Below, piece after piece: positions 26,168 through 40,152 of a stretch of 64,000 nt of DNA. Origin of the DNA: Lama glama (lineage: Eukaryota); assembly GCA_028534125.1 (NCBI GenBank), contig CM052817.1, positions 51,400,001 to 51,464,000 of the forward strand. The letters are read 5' to 3'. The position numbers and the translations under genes are program-made. The notes under the pieces are model-generated. The model ran no database searches. It saw nothing but the letters and a program-made list of their open reading frames with translations, and was not told the DNA's origin. Positions within the stretch are counted from its first letter, which is position 1. Each line of letters starts with the position of its first letter.

Positions 26168-27750
26168 ACATACGTAAATCAATCAATGTAACACATCACA
26201 TCAACAAGAGAAAGGACAAAAACCATATGATCATCTCAATAGATGCAGAAAAAGCATTTGATAAAATTCAACACCCATTTATGATAAAAACTCTCACCAA
26301 AGTGGGTATAGAGGGAACGTATCTCAAAATAATAAAAGCTATATATGACAAACCTACAGCCAGCATAGTACTCAATGGTGAAAAACTCAAAAGCTTCCCA
26401 CTAAAATCTGGGACAAGACAAGGATGCCCACTATCACCACTCCTATTCAACATAGTCCTGGAAGTCCTAGCCACAGCGGTCAGGCAAGAGAAAGAAATAA
26501 AAGGGATCCAAATTGGAAAAGAAGAGTCAAAAGAGTCACTATATGCTGANNNNNNNNNNNNNNNNNNNNNNNNNNNNNNNNNNNNNNNNNNNNNNNNNNN
26601 NNNNNNNNNNNNNNNNNNNNNNNNNNNNNNNNNNNNNNNNNNNNNNNNNNNNNNNNNNNNNNNNNNNNNNNNNNNNNNNNNNNNNNNNNNNNNNNNNNNN
26701 NNNNNNNNNNNNNNNNNNNNNNNNNNNNNNNNNNNNNNNNNNNNNNNNNNNNNNNNNNNNNNNNNNNNNNNNNNNNNNNNNNNNNNNNNNNNNNNNNNNN
26801 NNNNNNNNNNNNNNNNNNNNNNNNNNNNNNNNNNNNNNNNNNNNNNNNNNNNNNNNNNNNNNNNNNNNNNNNNNNNNNNNNNNNNNNNNNNNNNNNNNNN
26901 NNNNNNNNNNNNNNNNNNNNNNNNNNNNNNNNNNNNNNNNNNNNNNNNNNNNNNNNNNNNNNNNNNNNNNNNNNNNNNNNNNNNNNNNNNNNNNNNNNNN
27001 NNNNNNNNNNNNNNNNNNNNNNNNNNNNNNNNNNNNNNNNNNNNNNNNNTTTGGTGCAGCCACTATGGAAAGCAGTATGGAGATTCTTCATAAGACTAGG
27101 AATAGACTTACCATATGACCCAGGAATCCCACTCCTGGGCATATATCCAGAAGGAACCCTACTTCAGGATGACACCTTCACCCCAATGTTCATAGCAGCA
27201 CTATTTACAATAGCCAAGACATGGGACAGCCTAAATGTCCATTAACAAATGACTGGATAAAGAAGAAGTGGTATATTTATACAATGGAATACTACTCAGC
27301 CATAAAACCCGACAATATAAACGCCATTTGCAGCAACATGGATGCTCCTGAAGAATGTCATTCTAAGTGAAGTAAGCCAGAAAGAGAAAGAACAGTACCA
27401 TATGAGATCGCTCATATGTGGAATCTAAAAAAAAACAAAAAAAAGCATAAATACAAAACAGAAATAGACTCATAGACATAGAATACAAACTTGTGGTTGC
27501 CAAGGGGGCAATGGGTGGGAAGGGATAGATGGGATTTCAAAATTGTAGAATAGATAAACAAGATTATAGTGTACAGCACAGGGAAATATACACAAGATCT
27601 TATGGTAGCTCACAGAGAAAAAAATGTAAATGAATATATATATATGTTCATGTATGACTGAAAAATTGTACTCTACACTGGAATTTGACACAACATTGTA
27701 AAATAATTATAAATCAGTAAAAAGTGTTAAAAATTTTTTTAAAAAAACCT
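26168..27750 (+). mobile_element. Young L1: ORF2 reverse-transcriptase fragment, assembly gap, ORF2 C-terminus and 3' UTR
   Basis: [19 protein letters not shown]...[21 protein letters not shown]...SLYA(D) is L1 RT; after the gap, VQPLWKAVWRF...PYDPGIPLLGIYP...PMFIAALFTIAKTW; then 3' UTR and A-rich tail. Confidence 0.95.
26550..27049. other. Assembly gap (500 N)
   Basis: Run of exactly 500 N. Confidence 1.
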
Positions 27751-29699
27751 CTAAAAATCCTTTTTAAAAAATCCTTTAGCATTCAGTTTTGAAGTCATAA
27801 GTTGTAGAGCTACAGGAGGCACTGCTGAAACAGATCCAAAATGAAATGTTTTACTCCATGTTATACTGAGTCTATACTGGATATAGGATTTAAATTAATT
27901 CTTAAACTCCTAGCCTAATCCTTTGCATTCTTGCCACATTATTTCTTGATATAGCTTAACTATATCAACTCTTGTTAGATAACAGCAAACTTAAAAATAT
28001 CTCTTTTGAATGAGATTATAATCTATGCCTTTAATTTTCATTTTATTACAATAGAAATACATGATTTTATTGCATCATTTTTCCCAAAGATTTTAAAATA
28101 TCTTGAAATCCTCATCTTTCCAGTCACATTCTGAAAACATGTGGCTAATATTATTTTCCATTATTTTACTGTCAGCTTGCATATGATCCAGAGAAATTAA
28201 ATCATTTTACCAAAGTTTCACATTGTTTTTTTGGCCATAGTTTGTACTAAAATTGCTGACACTCATTAACCAATAGACAAACTTTCCAACGTCTCTATTA
28301 ATACTTACACTGTTGAAAGGATAATTTGCATGGCAACAGTACTTAATAGTATGCCACCATATATACACAAAATCACTGTATGTGTATGTCTGTGTTTCTT
28401 TTCAGAATTACACTTACAGCTGCATTTCTGAATAGCTTGTTAATGAGCTGATGTTCTCTATTGGAAGCCACGGTTAACAAAGAGGTTTCAGAGATGGTTT
28501 CACAGAAAATTTTTGGCATAGAAAAGATTTGCTAAAAATAAGTATAGTTTCAAATGATATACTTTTAAGAATTGAATTACATTCATCCCTTCAATGTACA
28601 TGTTGAACATATACCTTTCCACTAATAATATCCATTGAAATCCTTCAATAATCCAGGATATAAGTTATTAGTAGAAAATAGTATAAGAATCACAGCCTGC
28701 CTTCAAGTAGATTACATTAATTATCAGTGAATTTAGAGTTTTGATTTTTGAGATATGTTTTTAGGTGGGATTTGCAAGAGATACAAATTAATTAGACTTT
28801 TTCAGTTGGATAAAAGAACATCCTGAATGCATTTGATAGCACTCATTACTATATTCACTGCCCTTTTTGTTTTTACTCCCTTGTTGGAGTAATTGTTTGT
28901 ATTCCTTGTTGATTTGATACTGAAAGATTATCAATGGAAATAAAACACCACCATCAATAAAAAACTCTTCCCTTTATCTTTCCCCACCCAAAGCCTAGAT
29001 ATTGCAAATAATACTGATATATGTAAATTACAGTTACATTTTAAAGGATATTGGAGAGTGAACTATTTGTATGCATATGTTGTATTTCTTGTTTGTAAAT
29101 ATCATTTTTATGCCCTCCTTTTTAAATAATAGCTTACAGATATTCTAATAAGATATGAGAAATAGATACAGTTAGCTACATACAAATGTCTACAATGGAT
29201 GATGCTGAAATGTATAGCATCAGTTTAAAATAGATTTTATCAGAATATAAGATTATGTGTACTTATCTAAATACTTAATATGGCATTTAAAAATGAAAAT
29301 TCTTTAATTATATTTAAGAAATTAACTTAGTTTGCAGTTTGAATGGATTGACTTACTGATGTAAGCTTACTGCTGTTAAAAGAGATGAAAATTTTTGATC
29401 AAAAAAATAGAGTAAATTTTAATGAATATTCACAATGGTGACCAATTAACACCCTGGAATCTATTGCATCTGAGTAAGACAATTTGAACTTCTGTTTTAA
29501 TTCTACGTGAAGTTAAAATTCCTGCATTTTTATTGATCTCATGATCCAACATAGCAAATATTGAAAAAAAATTATTCTCTGTATCTCTGTAACTCTTCAG
29601 GAGATTAACATAAAGTAAAAGAGAAAAGGTAATTAATTTCATTCCTCTTCTTAAACATTTTGAGTTTTTCTGAGATGTAAGTTATATGCCATAAATTTG

Positions 29700-30350
29700 A
29701 CTGGATATGTCTACAGCTCAGTGAGTATAGGAAATTCCTGTACAGTGTTGAAAAGTATCAAAAGCAGACATTTTACTCTTTTTCCTGGTCTTATAAGGAA
29801 AGTAATGTTTCACTTTCAGTTATGACATTAGCTATAAGTTTTACAGAGATACTCTTTTTGATGTTGATGAAATTCCTTTCTATTCCTAATTTGTAGGGTT
29901 ATTATGAACGGACATTGGATTTTTGTCAAATGCTTTTCCTGAAGTTTGTTGAGGAAATAACATGGTGTATTATGTTAAATAACATTCAGAATTAAAACAA
30001 CTGAATTCTGAAAATAAATCCCACTTAGTAGTGATTAATAATAATTTTGTACATATCACTAGCTTTGATTTTCTATTATTTTGTTAAGAATTTTTACATT
30101 TATATTCAAGGAAAATATTGGCCTGATTTCCTTCCTTCCTTCCTTCCTTCCTTCCTTCCTTCCTTCCTTCCTTCCTTCCTTCATTTTTTTTCTTACTAGG
30201 ATATAACTGCCTCACAAATAAATTAGAAAGTATTCCCTCTTCCTCAATAGTTGTGAAGGATTAGTTTTATTTCTTCCTTAAATGGTTGGTAGGATTCACC
30301 AGTCAAGCCACCTGGGCCTGGGGTTTTATCCTTGTGGGGATGTTTTTAAT
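29700..30350 (-). mobile_element. Old L1M ORF2-region fragments
   Basis: cagtgttgaaaag...gacatt..cttt ttcctggtctt...aaattcctttctattcctaattt...ttttgtcaaatgcttttc...attcaccagtcaagccacctgggcctgg. Confidence 0.75.
30127..30182 (+). repeat. (TTCC)n microsatellite
   Basis: Directly visible. Confidence 0.97.
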
Positions 30351-32499
30351 TAGTTGCCATAAATTGCAAACAGTTTGAGCTTACAGAGACTATATATTTT
30401 TATATTTAAATTTTCCGTACTGCCTAATATCTTATATTATTAACAGAAGCATTGTCAAAAAGAATCAAGGCCTTTAAAAAAAAAAGATCATGGTATTTTA
30501 GGACAGTGAATAAACCAGTTACATAGAGCCAAGAATAAGTTAACAAGTAAATATCTACAGTGACATTAAAAGCAATTATTAAGAAGCTCATTTTAATTGA
30601 ATTAAAACTTACAGAAAATAACTATTACATCACCCCTATTCACTTCTAGTTCTGATAATGTGCAACATAGAAATAATAAAAATGCATTTTTAATGTTTGT
30701 GTATTGTTGCTCATATTGTGTTGTATGTGGTACTTTTATGTGCTTCTAAATGTAAGCTTTATATACAAGTTATATGGTCTCTTTTCCTTATGACCATGAA
30801 GAGATATAAAACCCAGAGATTCTCTTCCATATTACAAGATACTTCATGTAAGCCTTCTGTTTCTCAATCATGGTGTTCTTATATTTGGTAATTCTTTAAA
30901 TTATTCATTTATTATTTTATGGAGTCCCATTTTCACTAGATATATGACACACATCCCCAAAGAAATTTAGTATAGGTCACTTGATTCATCATAACCTTAT
31001 ACTATGATACTTATTTGTTAGGTTATGAAAAGTAAGCACTGTAATATATTTTTAGGGGTGGATAAGGCAAAAATGTTTTAGACATTAGAGTTTCTGTTTG
31101 GTCCTAAAAGTTATGGCTAAATCAAAAATCTGGTACTTCTATATACTTACTACAAAAGACGAAAATGAACTTTATTATTTAAGCTGTTGCAAGGTATATC
31201 AACAAGTGACACATGTGCTACAATAATATTTTTCTCACAAATTTAAGACTTCTTCCCAACTTAATCCTAAATGATAGCTCAGAAGCCATCTTTTTTTATG
31301 TGCTGCCTTTGTAACATTGCTCAACTCTTCAGAATTACAGCTTTCAGCATCAGAACAAATTTATTCACTCTTGGACTCCGGTTTTGCTAAATATGCACTA
31401 TCATATAAATCTTCTTAAATGACAGATAGCTTTGCTGCTTATGCTCTAGTTAAATTATGTGAGCCACTATACATGCAAAATTATTCTAAGTCCACAGATT
31501 CAATGCATTAAGAAAGGATATAAAGGATATTTTGTCCTTTGTATCAGTGAGGGAACCTCCTTCTATTCAAAATCACAAATATATACCCTTCGTTTTCACA
31601 AAACGCTAGGACTCAGTTTCTCGATTGAAAATTCTTCACACAAACTAGTTAGTCTTTGAAACTTCACCTCTACTCTAGACTTTGGATAGATCACAAAATA
31701 AGCCTTTCTGTAATACTTATTCGATGCTATTTGATGCTAATAATAAAAGTAGCTTCAATTTGTGTAGTGCTAAATATATACAGACAACACTGTTCATGGA
31801 AGTTTATTGTATTTTATTTAATCCTGTAATTTAGCATATCCATTTCACAATAGAAGTGTTACCTAAAGCTACACAGCTGATAGTAACTAAGACAGTTCTA
31901 GTCTGAGTGTAAATCTGATTTTCTTTCTACCATATTATTCCTTCCTACCCTTGACCTTTGTTTTCCAAGACAAGAAGCATACATGAATTAATTCAAATAA
32001 TATGAACCCTAATTTCTTACAGCTTCTTTAAGAAGGCTGAGGTGATAATGAAGGGTGGGCTGTGGAATAAGAAAAACAAAATTTCATTTAATACATAGTA
32101 AATTTCATGCAATGTGGTAAATGCTTACAATATAGTAAGGTTGCCAAATCTTCATTACCAACTTTTGAGTTAGGGATAATTAATCTCATTTTTGAGTTGA
32201 ATAAGCTGAAGCTCAGAAAGGTTAATTGCTTTGCATAAATTAACAAAGCTAATAAAGAAGAACAAAAATGTAAACCTGAGTCTCTCTAATACATAAACTC
32301 TCTGCCTTCTTACACCTTGATGCTCCTCCTGATTAGAGTGTTATGTTAAAAAAGAGGCAGTAATTTACATGATCTTCTTTCTACGGTTTCCAGTTTTATT
32401 CTCCATAAAGTTCCTTTTTAGCCTTGATTTTTTGCAATAATTATTACAGGCACCCAATTCCCCACAAAAACACACATGCTCTTCATAGTGGAGCTCATG

Positions 32500-35400
32500 C
32501 ACTTTTATCTTTTAAACATTTTGACGTGGAGAATTTCAAATATAGTACAGTGAATCCTGATACATTCATCACCTAGTTCCAGAAAGCATCAGTATTTGTG
32601 ATCAGCATTCTTGTTTAATCTATGCTTCCTACCACTCCTCACTCTCTCATTTTTTTCAGGTACAATTTGCAAAAATTAAGATGCACAACTGTTAAATATA
32701 TAATTTTGATAAATGAATACCCATATAGTCCACATTTCCTAAAAAGATATAGAATATTCCCATCAGTCCGGATGGTTCCTCATGTTCCTGCCAGTCAGTT
32801 GCTCTCAACTCCAGAGATAAACACGGTTCTGATTTTTAACCATGTATTAGTTTTGCCCTTTCTAGAACTTCATATTTGTGGAATCATATGTATGTACTCT
32901 TTTCTGTCCAGACTCTCTGTCTCACCATAATGTCAGTGAGTGTCATCCATGTTGTTGTGTGTATCAATAGTTTGGGTTGTTGTTGTTTGTTTTTGGTATA
33001 ATATTGATGCATGATATGAATTTACCACATATTTACCCATCTGATGATTGGCATTAGAGTTATGCATAGTTTTTGGCTGTTATAAACGAAGCTTCTATAA
33101 ACATTTGGACAAAATTTTTTTTGTTTAGATACCTGGATTAAATGTTTATTTTGTAAGAATTTCCAAACCTTTATTTCTAAAGTGATTATGCCACTTACAT
33201 TCCCATCAGCAGTGAATAAGAGTTCTGATAGCTCCAAAACTTCACTGACATTTGACTGTCATCAGCCATTATCAATTTAGCTTCTCTTGTGAGTGTCTAG
33301 CAATATCTTATTGTAGTTTTAATTTGGAGTATTTCTCTGATGACTAATGATACAAGGTCATGAAGATATTCTTGTGGTTTTTATTCTAAAAGTTTTACTG
33401 TTTTAGTCTTTACAGTTAGACCTGTTATTCACCTTGAATTAATTTCTGTGTATTGTGTAAGATAAGGGTTATAATTGATTTTGTTTCCATATAGGTATAT
33501 CCAGTGAGACAAGCACCAGTTGTTAAAAAGACTCATGTAAGTGTGGGTATATTTCAGGTTTTTCAAATCACTATGTATTGTTACATGTATTTACAATGTA
33601 TTGTTAAGATAATATCACACATTTTTTTTTTAATGGAGGTACTGGGAATTGAACCTAGGATCAGCTGACACTATATTAATATTAATGTGCATTTAAGAAA
33701 AATTGTATAGATTCATACAGAATTTACTATATTCTTTGGCTTCTCATTGAAAGATTATTTTACTATTCATCCACATAGTTCTATATATGAGTTCTGTATT
33801 ACCATTCTTATGTGATACTGAGTAGCATTTTGTTGCATCAATATCTCACTGACTGTTTAACCATTCCATTTTTGATGGGAGTTAGAGTTGTTCCAAGTTT
33901 TTGGCCATTGCAAATAATGATGCTTTATTTATTCTGTATTTCATTTTTGGATATTTTTTGTCACTGTATATTCAATATCCCTACCTACTAACTCTGTCAT
34001 CTGTGTCATATCTCAGATTATTTTGATAGTGTTTTTTTTTTCTTTTTCTTATGGGCAGTTTATTCTGCTTGTGGGGTGCATGATAATATTTGATAAGATG
34101 ATAGACATTGTGAGTTTGTTCTTGTTGGATGATGGGTATTTTTTCTATTCCTGTAGATATTGAGCTATCTTTCAGGACACAGTTAACTTACACAGAAATT
34201 ATTTGATCTTTGTGAATATTGTCTTTGAACTTCATTAGATGGAAGCAGATCAGTGTTTAGTCTAGTGTTAATTTTATAAACCATTAAGTAAAATCTCTTT
34301 TGTATTCCATCTGTTACTTTTTGAATTATGAAATTTTCCACTCTGGCTTTTGAGAACAAGGAATATTCTTCACTCTGTTTGAACTTTGCAGATTGTTATT
34401 TCTAATCATTTTTGATGATTCTTTTTCTGAAGTCAGGTATTTTCCATATATGAACTCATCAACATTATTATGCTGACACTAGAGAAATCTGGATCCCTCT
34501 CTCTCATTCTCTCTCTTCCTTTCTCCTCTCTTGTACTCTGCACTGTGAACTTTGACTGCCTTACATTCCTGAACTCTCAGATCCATCTCTACTCAGAGAG
34601 ACAGCTGAGTTCTGCCTGAGTTAAGCTTTCCAGACAGTAAGCTGAAGCAGTTATATGGCACATCTCATTTCTTTCCAGTCTCTTAGGATCACTTTTACAT
34701 TGCTGCTGTGATTCATTGTTTCATTTATTTTGTCTAGATTTTTAGTTGTTTTGGGTGGGAAAGTAAATCTGGTCCCATTTACTCCATTTTGGCTGGAAAC
34801 AATTTTTTTTTTAATTTACGCACATTTAGCATCTGTACTTCTTCATATATATTCAAGTTATCATCTGGTGTTCTTTTCCTTCAGCCTGAATTACTTCCTT
34901 AGCATTTTTTGTATGCAAGTTTGAATATAAAGAATTCTCTATTTTGGTTACATAAAATGTCTCTTTTTCCCTTCATTTTTGAAGGGGTGTTTCTCTAAAT
35001 AACAGCATTGACAGTATCTTTTTTCAGCACATTAAACATGTTATTCTGTTGTAATCTAAACTCCATTTTTTATAATGTTAAATCAGCAGTTATTTTAATT
35101 CCTGTTCTTGTGTTTGTAATGCATCATTTATCTTTTGTCTTTATATGTCTTTATCTTTTGATATCCACAGTTTGACAATGACGTGATTTTTTGAAGTACC
35201 TGTGTCTGTAGTTTGATGCTTTTTTCCCAAATTTGTGAATTTGGTGCCATAATATTTATTCAAGTAATTTTCTTCCCTATTTCCTCTGTTTTCTCCTCTA
35301 AGACATCAATTACTTATATTTTAGAGTGATTAATATCTCCCTCAATTATTCAAATTGGATATTTTCAACTGATCTTAAAGTTCACCAATGTTTTCTTTTG

Positions 35401-36250
35401 CTACATCCTACTTCTTATCAATTCATGCAGTAAAATCTTCATTTCAGTTATTGTACATCTTACCTTCACTGCATTGATTCAGTTCTTTTTTTAATATAGT
35501 TCTTTTTCTTTGATGATTTCTCATGTGATTATTCATTGTGACTATATTTTTCTTTAACTAATTGAGCATATTTTAATAGCTACTTTAGACTCCTAGATTG
35601 TTAATTGCAGTATCTTGATAATTTCAGGAAGGTTTTCTATTGACATTTTTTTCTGTATAAATGTTATATTTTAATGCTTATTTGCATTCTCATGATTTCT
35701 GACTGGTCATTTTATTAAATTTATTAAATATGAGACATTGTAGAGACTCTACATACTGTTATAATTCTCCTCAGAGGGTTGATTTTTATTCAAGCATGAA
35801 ATTTACTTGGCTGAACTCAAATTGTGTCTCCCTTGCATGGGTAGCAACTGAAATAGCCATTCAGATCTTTCAGATTTGAGCTGCTACTGTTGGTGGGGGA
35901 GTGCTCAGCATTTTCTTCCATGCATAAAAAATCTAGTGTTTAATCAGGATTTGTGCAGTTTTGAAACACTTTTTTCCATCTCCTAGCAAACTTACTCTTT
36001 CCAGAGTTTTCTCCTTAAATTACCAAATGCTTTCCTTGCCCCAAACTCTGTCCTCTGACACCTTAATCTAGTAAAGTCATGATTATCTACTGCATGAGTG
36101 GTATTCAATTGAAAGGTGCCTTCAGGTAAAATCTGAAAATTTGTAAATCTCATTTGTCTCAGTTTCTACTTAAGGACAGAGTTCTCTCCAGGTTCTGCTA
36201 GATTTGATCATTCTACATTGCCTTCAATTAGATGTTTTTCTATCTCATAT
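32500..36250 (-). mobile_element. Cluster of old L1 (L1MC/L1ME/L1MD-like) fragments
   Basis: Antisense L1 3'-end and ORF2 motifs (ttagttttgccctttctagaacttcatat; cccatcagcagtgaataagagttc; tttctctgatgactaatgat; gagttagagttgttccaagtttttggccattgcaaataa) and T-rich 5'-region-like sequence. Confidence 0.7.
33622..33662 (-). mobile_element. Short 3' fragment of a tRNA-derived SINE with poly(T)
   Basis: tttttttttt aatggaggtactgggaattgaacctagga: reverse-complement B-box-like (ggttcaattccc) plus A tail. Confidence 0.6.
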
Positions 36251-36649
36251 ATCTATCTGCAAGAGGGTTAGTAGAACTAAACTGCAAAAGCTTGAACTTT
36301 AAAGTTAAAAAGCTTTAAGCTTTAAAAATATTTATTTGCATATAAACTACTTCATGTAATTTTCTTAAGTAAACCAAGCAAAAATAAGAAATAAGTAACT
36401 ATCCTAATTTGTCACTAATCTCTATCATTTCATTTCCTCCCAAATCTGTTGAGTACCTGTCATTTTGTGAGGACCCAAATCAGTGCTATTTATCATAAAA
36501 TATGTCCAAAATCAATTGAAAGAAAATGTACATGTCTGTCAACTTTTTTCCCTAAAAAAATTTACATGCTATGTATACAATGTTTTGGTCCGAGTAAATA
36601 TATTTTCATTTAGTTGTGAAACATTTTGCAACATGAAATGGAAAATTTT

Positions 36650-36965
36650 GCTCCATCTGTCTGCTTGAATGACTGTTTACCCTTGAACACTTTTTTCAGT
36701 TAACTTTTTCTAGGAATGTTTTCCCAGACTGTCCCACTTCTACCGTAAGCTGAGTTTAGGCCACCTCTTTTTATCAAATTTTAGGCTCTTTCCTCCCCTT
36801 TTTTAAGGAATTTATCACACTGTATTGTTTGGTTGGTTTAACTTGTCTGTCCTTCTAATAGACTGAATTCCTTGAGGTCAAGCATTGAGTCATTTGTGTC
36901 TAAATCTGATCACTTAGCATATTATTTTTCAAAAGTAGGTGCTTAAATAAATTTATTTAATTAAA
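36650..36965 (+). mobile_element. L2 3' fragment
   Basis: ttgtctgtccttctaatagactgaattccttgaggtcaag...gtaggtgcttaaataaatttattta. Confidence 0.6.
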
Positions 36966-37708
36966 TTAAACTTTTAGTATGCAGAATAATATCATCTGTT
37001 TTATAATTTCTCCTTGCACTTTGTAGTTCAGTGGGAAAAAATGACTATTTGTATGCTTTCAAGGTTGCCCTTGTAAATGTCTTTCTTTTGACTATTCTTC
37101 ATCCCAAATACAAAAGCACTGTAATGTAATTTTTTACATTCTTAGCTCATTCAAGTCTTTACTTCATTCTAGTAAAATGTGGATAAAATAATGAAACCTG
37201 CCCACACAGTTTTATTTTTAAAGTTGTGAGTATCATCCTACTCAGACCAATCTGTAGTCACGTTTATTTCCTTGAAGAAAATTGGGCATTTATAACTGTT
37301 TAGATCTCTAAAACTGTGTGACCATTAATTTCATTTGTTCTCTTACTAGTATAGGGATCAATTTAAAATATTCAATCTTATTTTATATTTTGATTAAAAC
37401 ATTGCCTTTTGCTCTTTCTTAAAATTAATCAGAAGTTTTAACTTCGTTTGAAATGCCAAATAAACAGTACATAGAAGACATCAATAATTTACAATATCAT
37501 AAACGGATTTTTCTACCAATAGTTAATTCTAGATACACTGTTTAAACAGACTTATTCAATATTCAAAATTATTGTTAAATTGAGTCATTGTTCAATATTT
37601 GTTGGTTTTACACCTTTCAAACTGCTTATATATTATCAAATTTTCTTTTGACTAATAAAAAGTTTTCATTTAAAAAAAGAACATGATTAATATTGAGCAT
37701 CACTTTCC

Positions 37709-38071
37709 TCTAGAGACTGGAAGTTTGTCTCCCCAAAATGTCAAATGTTGAAATCTTAACCCCGAAAAGATGGTAGTAGGAGGTACAACCTTTGAGAATT
37801 GATTAGATCATGAGAGCAGATCCCTCATGGATGGTATCAGTGCCTTTGTACAGGAGGCCCCAGAGGGATCGCTGCCCCTCATATCATGTGAGGACACAGT
37901 GAAAAGATAGCTGTTTATGAACCAGGAAGAGGGTTCTTACTAGAGACTGAATCTGCTGGCATCTTGATCTTGGACTTCACAGCCTCCAGAACTGTGAGAG
38001 ATAAGTATCTGGTTTCTGTAAGCCACCCAGTCTGTCGTATTTTGTGAGAGCAAACTGAACAGACTAAGACA
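37709..38071 (+). mobile_element. MaLR solo LTR (MLT1A0-like)
   Basis: atgttgaaatcttaacccc...gattagatcatgag...atgtgaggacacag...cttggacttcacagcctccagaactgtgaga...gactaagaca. Confidence 0.92.
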
Positions 38072-39974
38072 CTTTCCACCTGGGAAAAAAAAGCCAAACA
38101 TTTGTTCACAGGAGGAAAAATAATTAGAAAGCCAGGAACTATAAAATAATGCCAAAGAAGGATAGTTAATTTCTGGATGTCAGAGAACTGATTCAACAAA
38201 TATATATAATTATAGATAGACAAATGCAGAGATATTTAATTCAACTCTGATTTTTTTAATCTATATACCTATATGTTCACATATACACCCTAAGTAGAGT
38301 TTTAAAACACTTTTACAATTTTTAATTACAATTAAAGAGTGAAGGGACAATGAAAATAAATTTAAAAATAAAAAGCATTTGTCATAGTCTTAAAGGTTTT
38401 GGCTTATTGTGAACATCTGAATAGTTACCATTTTGGAGGAGGCTGCTGAGAACACTGCTGTTTTGTTGCCTAAAACACTGCTAGCAGGTGGTAAAGATGA
38501 GGAGAAGACAAAAAGTGGAACATGTGCCACTTAAGAAATGGCTTGCAATTGCTAGTTCTGAAAATTATTAAATGGCAGTTCTACAATATGTTATGTTTGA
38601 AATTGATAGCCAACTCTAAAATGTCCTAAAAAAATTAAAGTACATTTTACTAAGAGGCTGTGTAAGCATTGGTGTTTATATTCTCTACAACACTAAGCTA
38701 GTAATATTTAATAATAATTAATGTTATTACTGAGAACCTTTCACTCTCAAAAGCTGTATAAGCTGACAAGGTGGATTAGTGACACATGTTTCATTTTTGT
38801 TATATTAAGATTCTATAAAATGACATATTCAGTTCTTGCCTGAGTAGACCCAGCTCTTCATTTTTTTTAATATGGATAAAATTGCTTACTCTGATACTTA
38901 CTGAGGGTTCTCCTTTGAATGATTCTTTAAATACTCAATTGCTCTCTAATGTCCTGGGATTTTTTTTTTCCCTGCTCAGGAGTTCCTTCAACAAGGCTGA
39001 TTTTCACTCTGAGTCAAGGCTTATTTAAAGTAGAACTGAATCAATCTGCTACTTCATGAGGGTGACACTAGACTGTCTTAAGAGGGAAGAGACAATGAGA
39101 TGAAAAATTAAATTCCATTGCTCATCACTGTTCTATACTGTGAGTCAGTAGACCAATTGCTCCATATCCTCCATCTAGAATACTTTTATTACTGTAGTCC
39201 TTTACTCAGAATTAAAATTTTAAATATAAAAATATGAAATGTAATATGCTTTGGAATTAAAGTGACAAAGGATACAATAGTAACTACAGAATATCTTCTT
39301 CAGCAAAATTTCATGTCTGATATTATAAAGAAAGTAAATCCTAAGAAAAATATGGTATTAATTTACCATCTTCCACTGGAAAGACCTTTAATAGCTGCCA
39401 GGTGCTAAACACTCAACAAATAGTGATTAAATGCCTATTGTGTGCCACACACTGTTATAGTCTCAGGATTCAATAGCAAACAATGATATGCTGTCTTTAA
39501 ATTACTAGGGCTTAGTTACACCTATTTCTTGAAACAATTCCTAAGCAAGCAGGTTTGCTTAGTATATGGTGCCAGCAGGAGATGGGATATGAAATAAACG
39601 GCTGCAATTAGTACAGCGTACCTTTCTTCTCACTATGAGCCATGGTGGTCAATGTATTCTAGCGAGCTCATTGTCTTCTTTATCCTTGATGTGGATTTTT
39701 TATTTAGATGATTTTGTCCCCAACTGAGGTTAGAGTTTAACCCGAATTTTAGCCTATTCTTGTCATCCCGGATTCAGAAAACCTTCCAGGCCAAACCTGA
39801 TAGTTCACCAAAAATCATAATCGATCTGATTCTGAGAATCACTACTGCCCGGCAGTTGGACCACTTACTGAAATGGCTTGCTCAATTTTATGATTCTCAG
39901 TTCTATTTTGGATTTGGCTCACATTTCATCTTAATCATTGAAAGCAAAAATTGTCAGACTGAGGTATGAATTCT

Positions 39975-40152
39975 TCCTTGTTTTTATAAATGAAGTTTTT
40001 TGTAGCAAAGCCACACCCATCCATTCATACATGGTCTATGGCTGTTTTCATGCTACAATGGAGGACTTGAGTAGTTTCATTGCAGACCATATGGACCACA
40101 AAGCTGGAAATATTTTTGTCTGGCTCTTTACAGAAAAGTTAGCTGAGTCTTG
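39975..40152 (+). mobile_element. MER58A-like hAT-Charlie MITE
   Basis: gtttttataaatgaagtttt...gccacacccatccattc...tctatggctgttttcatgctacaatgg...tggctctttacagaaaagtt. Confidence 0.85.

Noticed and set aside
26227..27142. Long ORFs (174-288 aa) in the ORF track
   Set aside because: They are long only because they read through the 500-N gap; the real residues are L1 ORF2 fragments.
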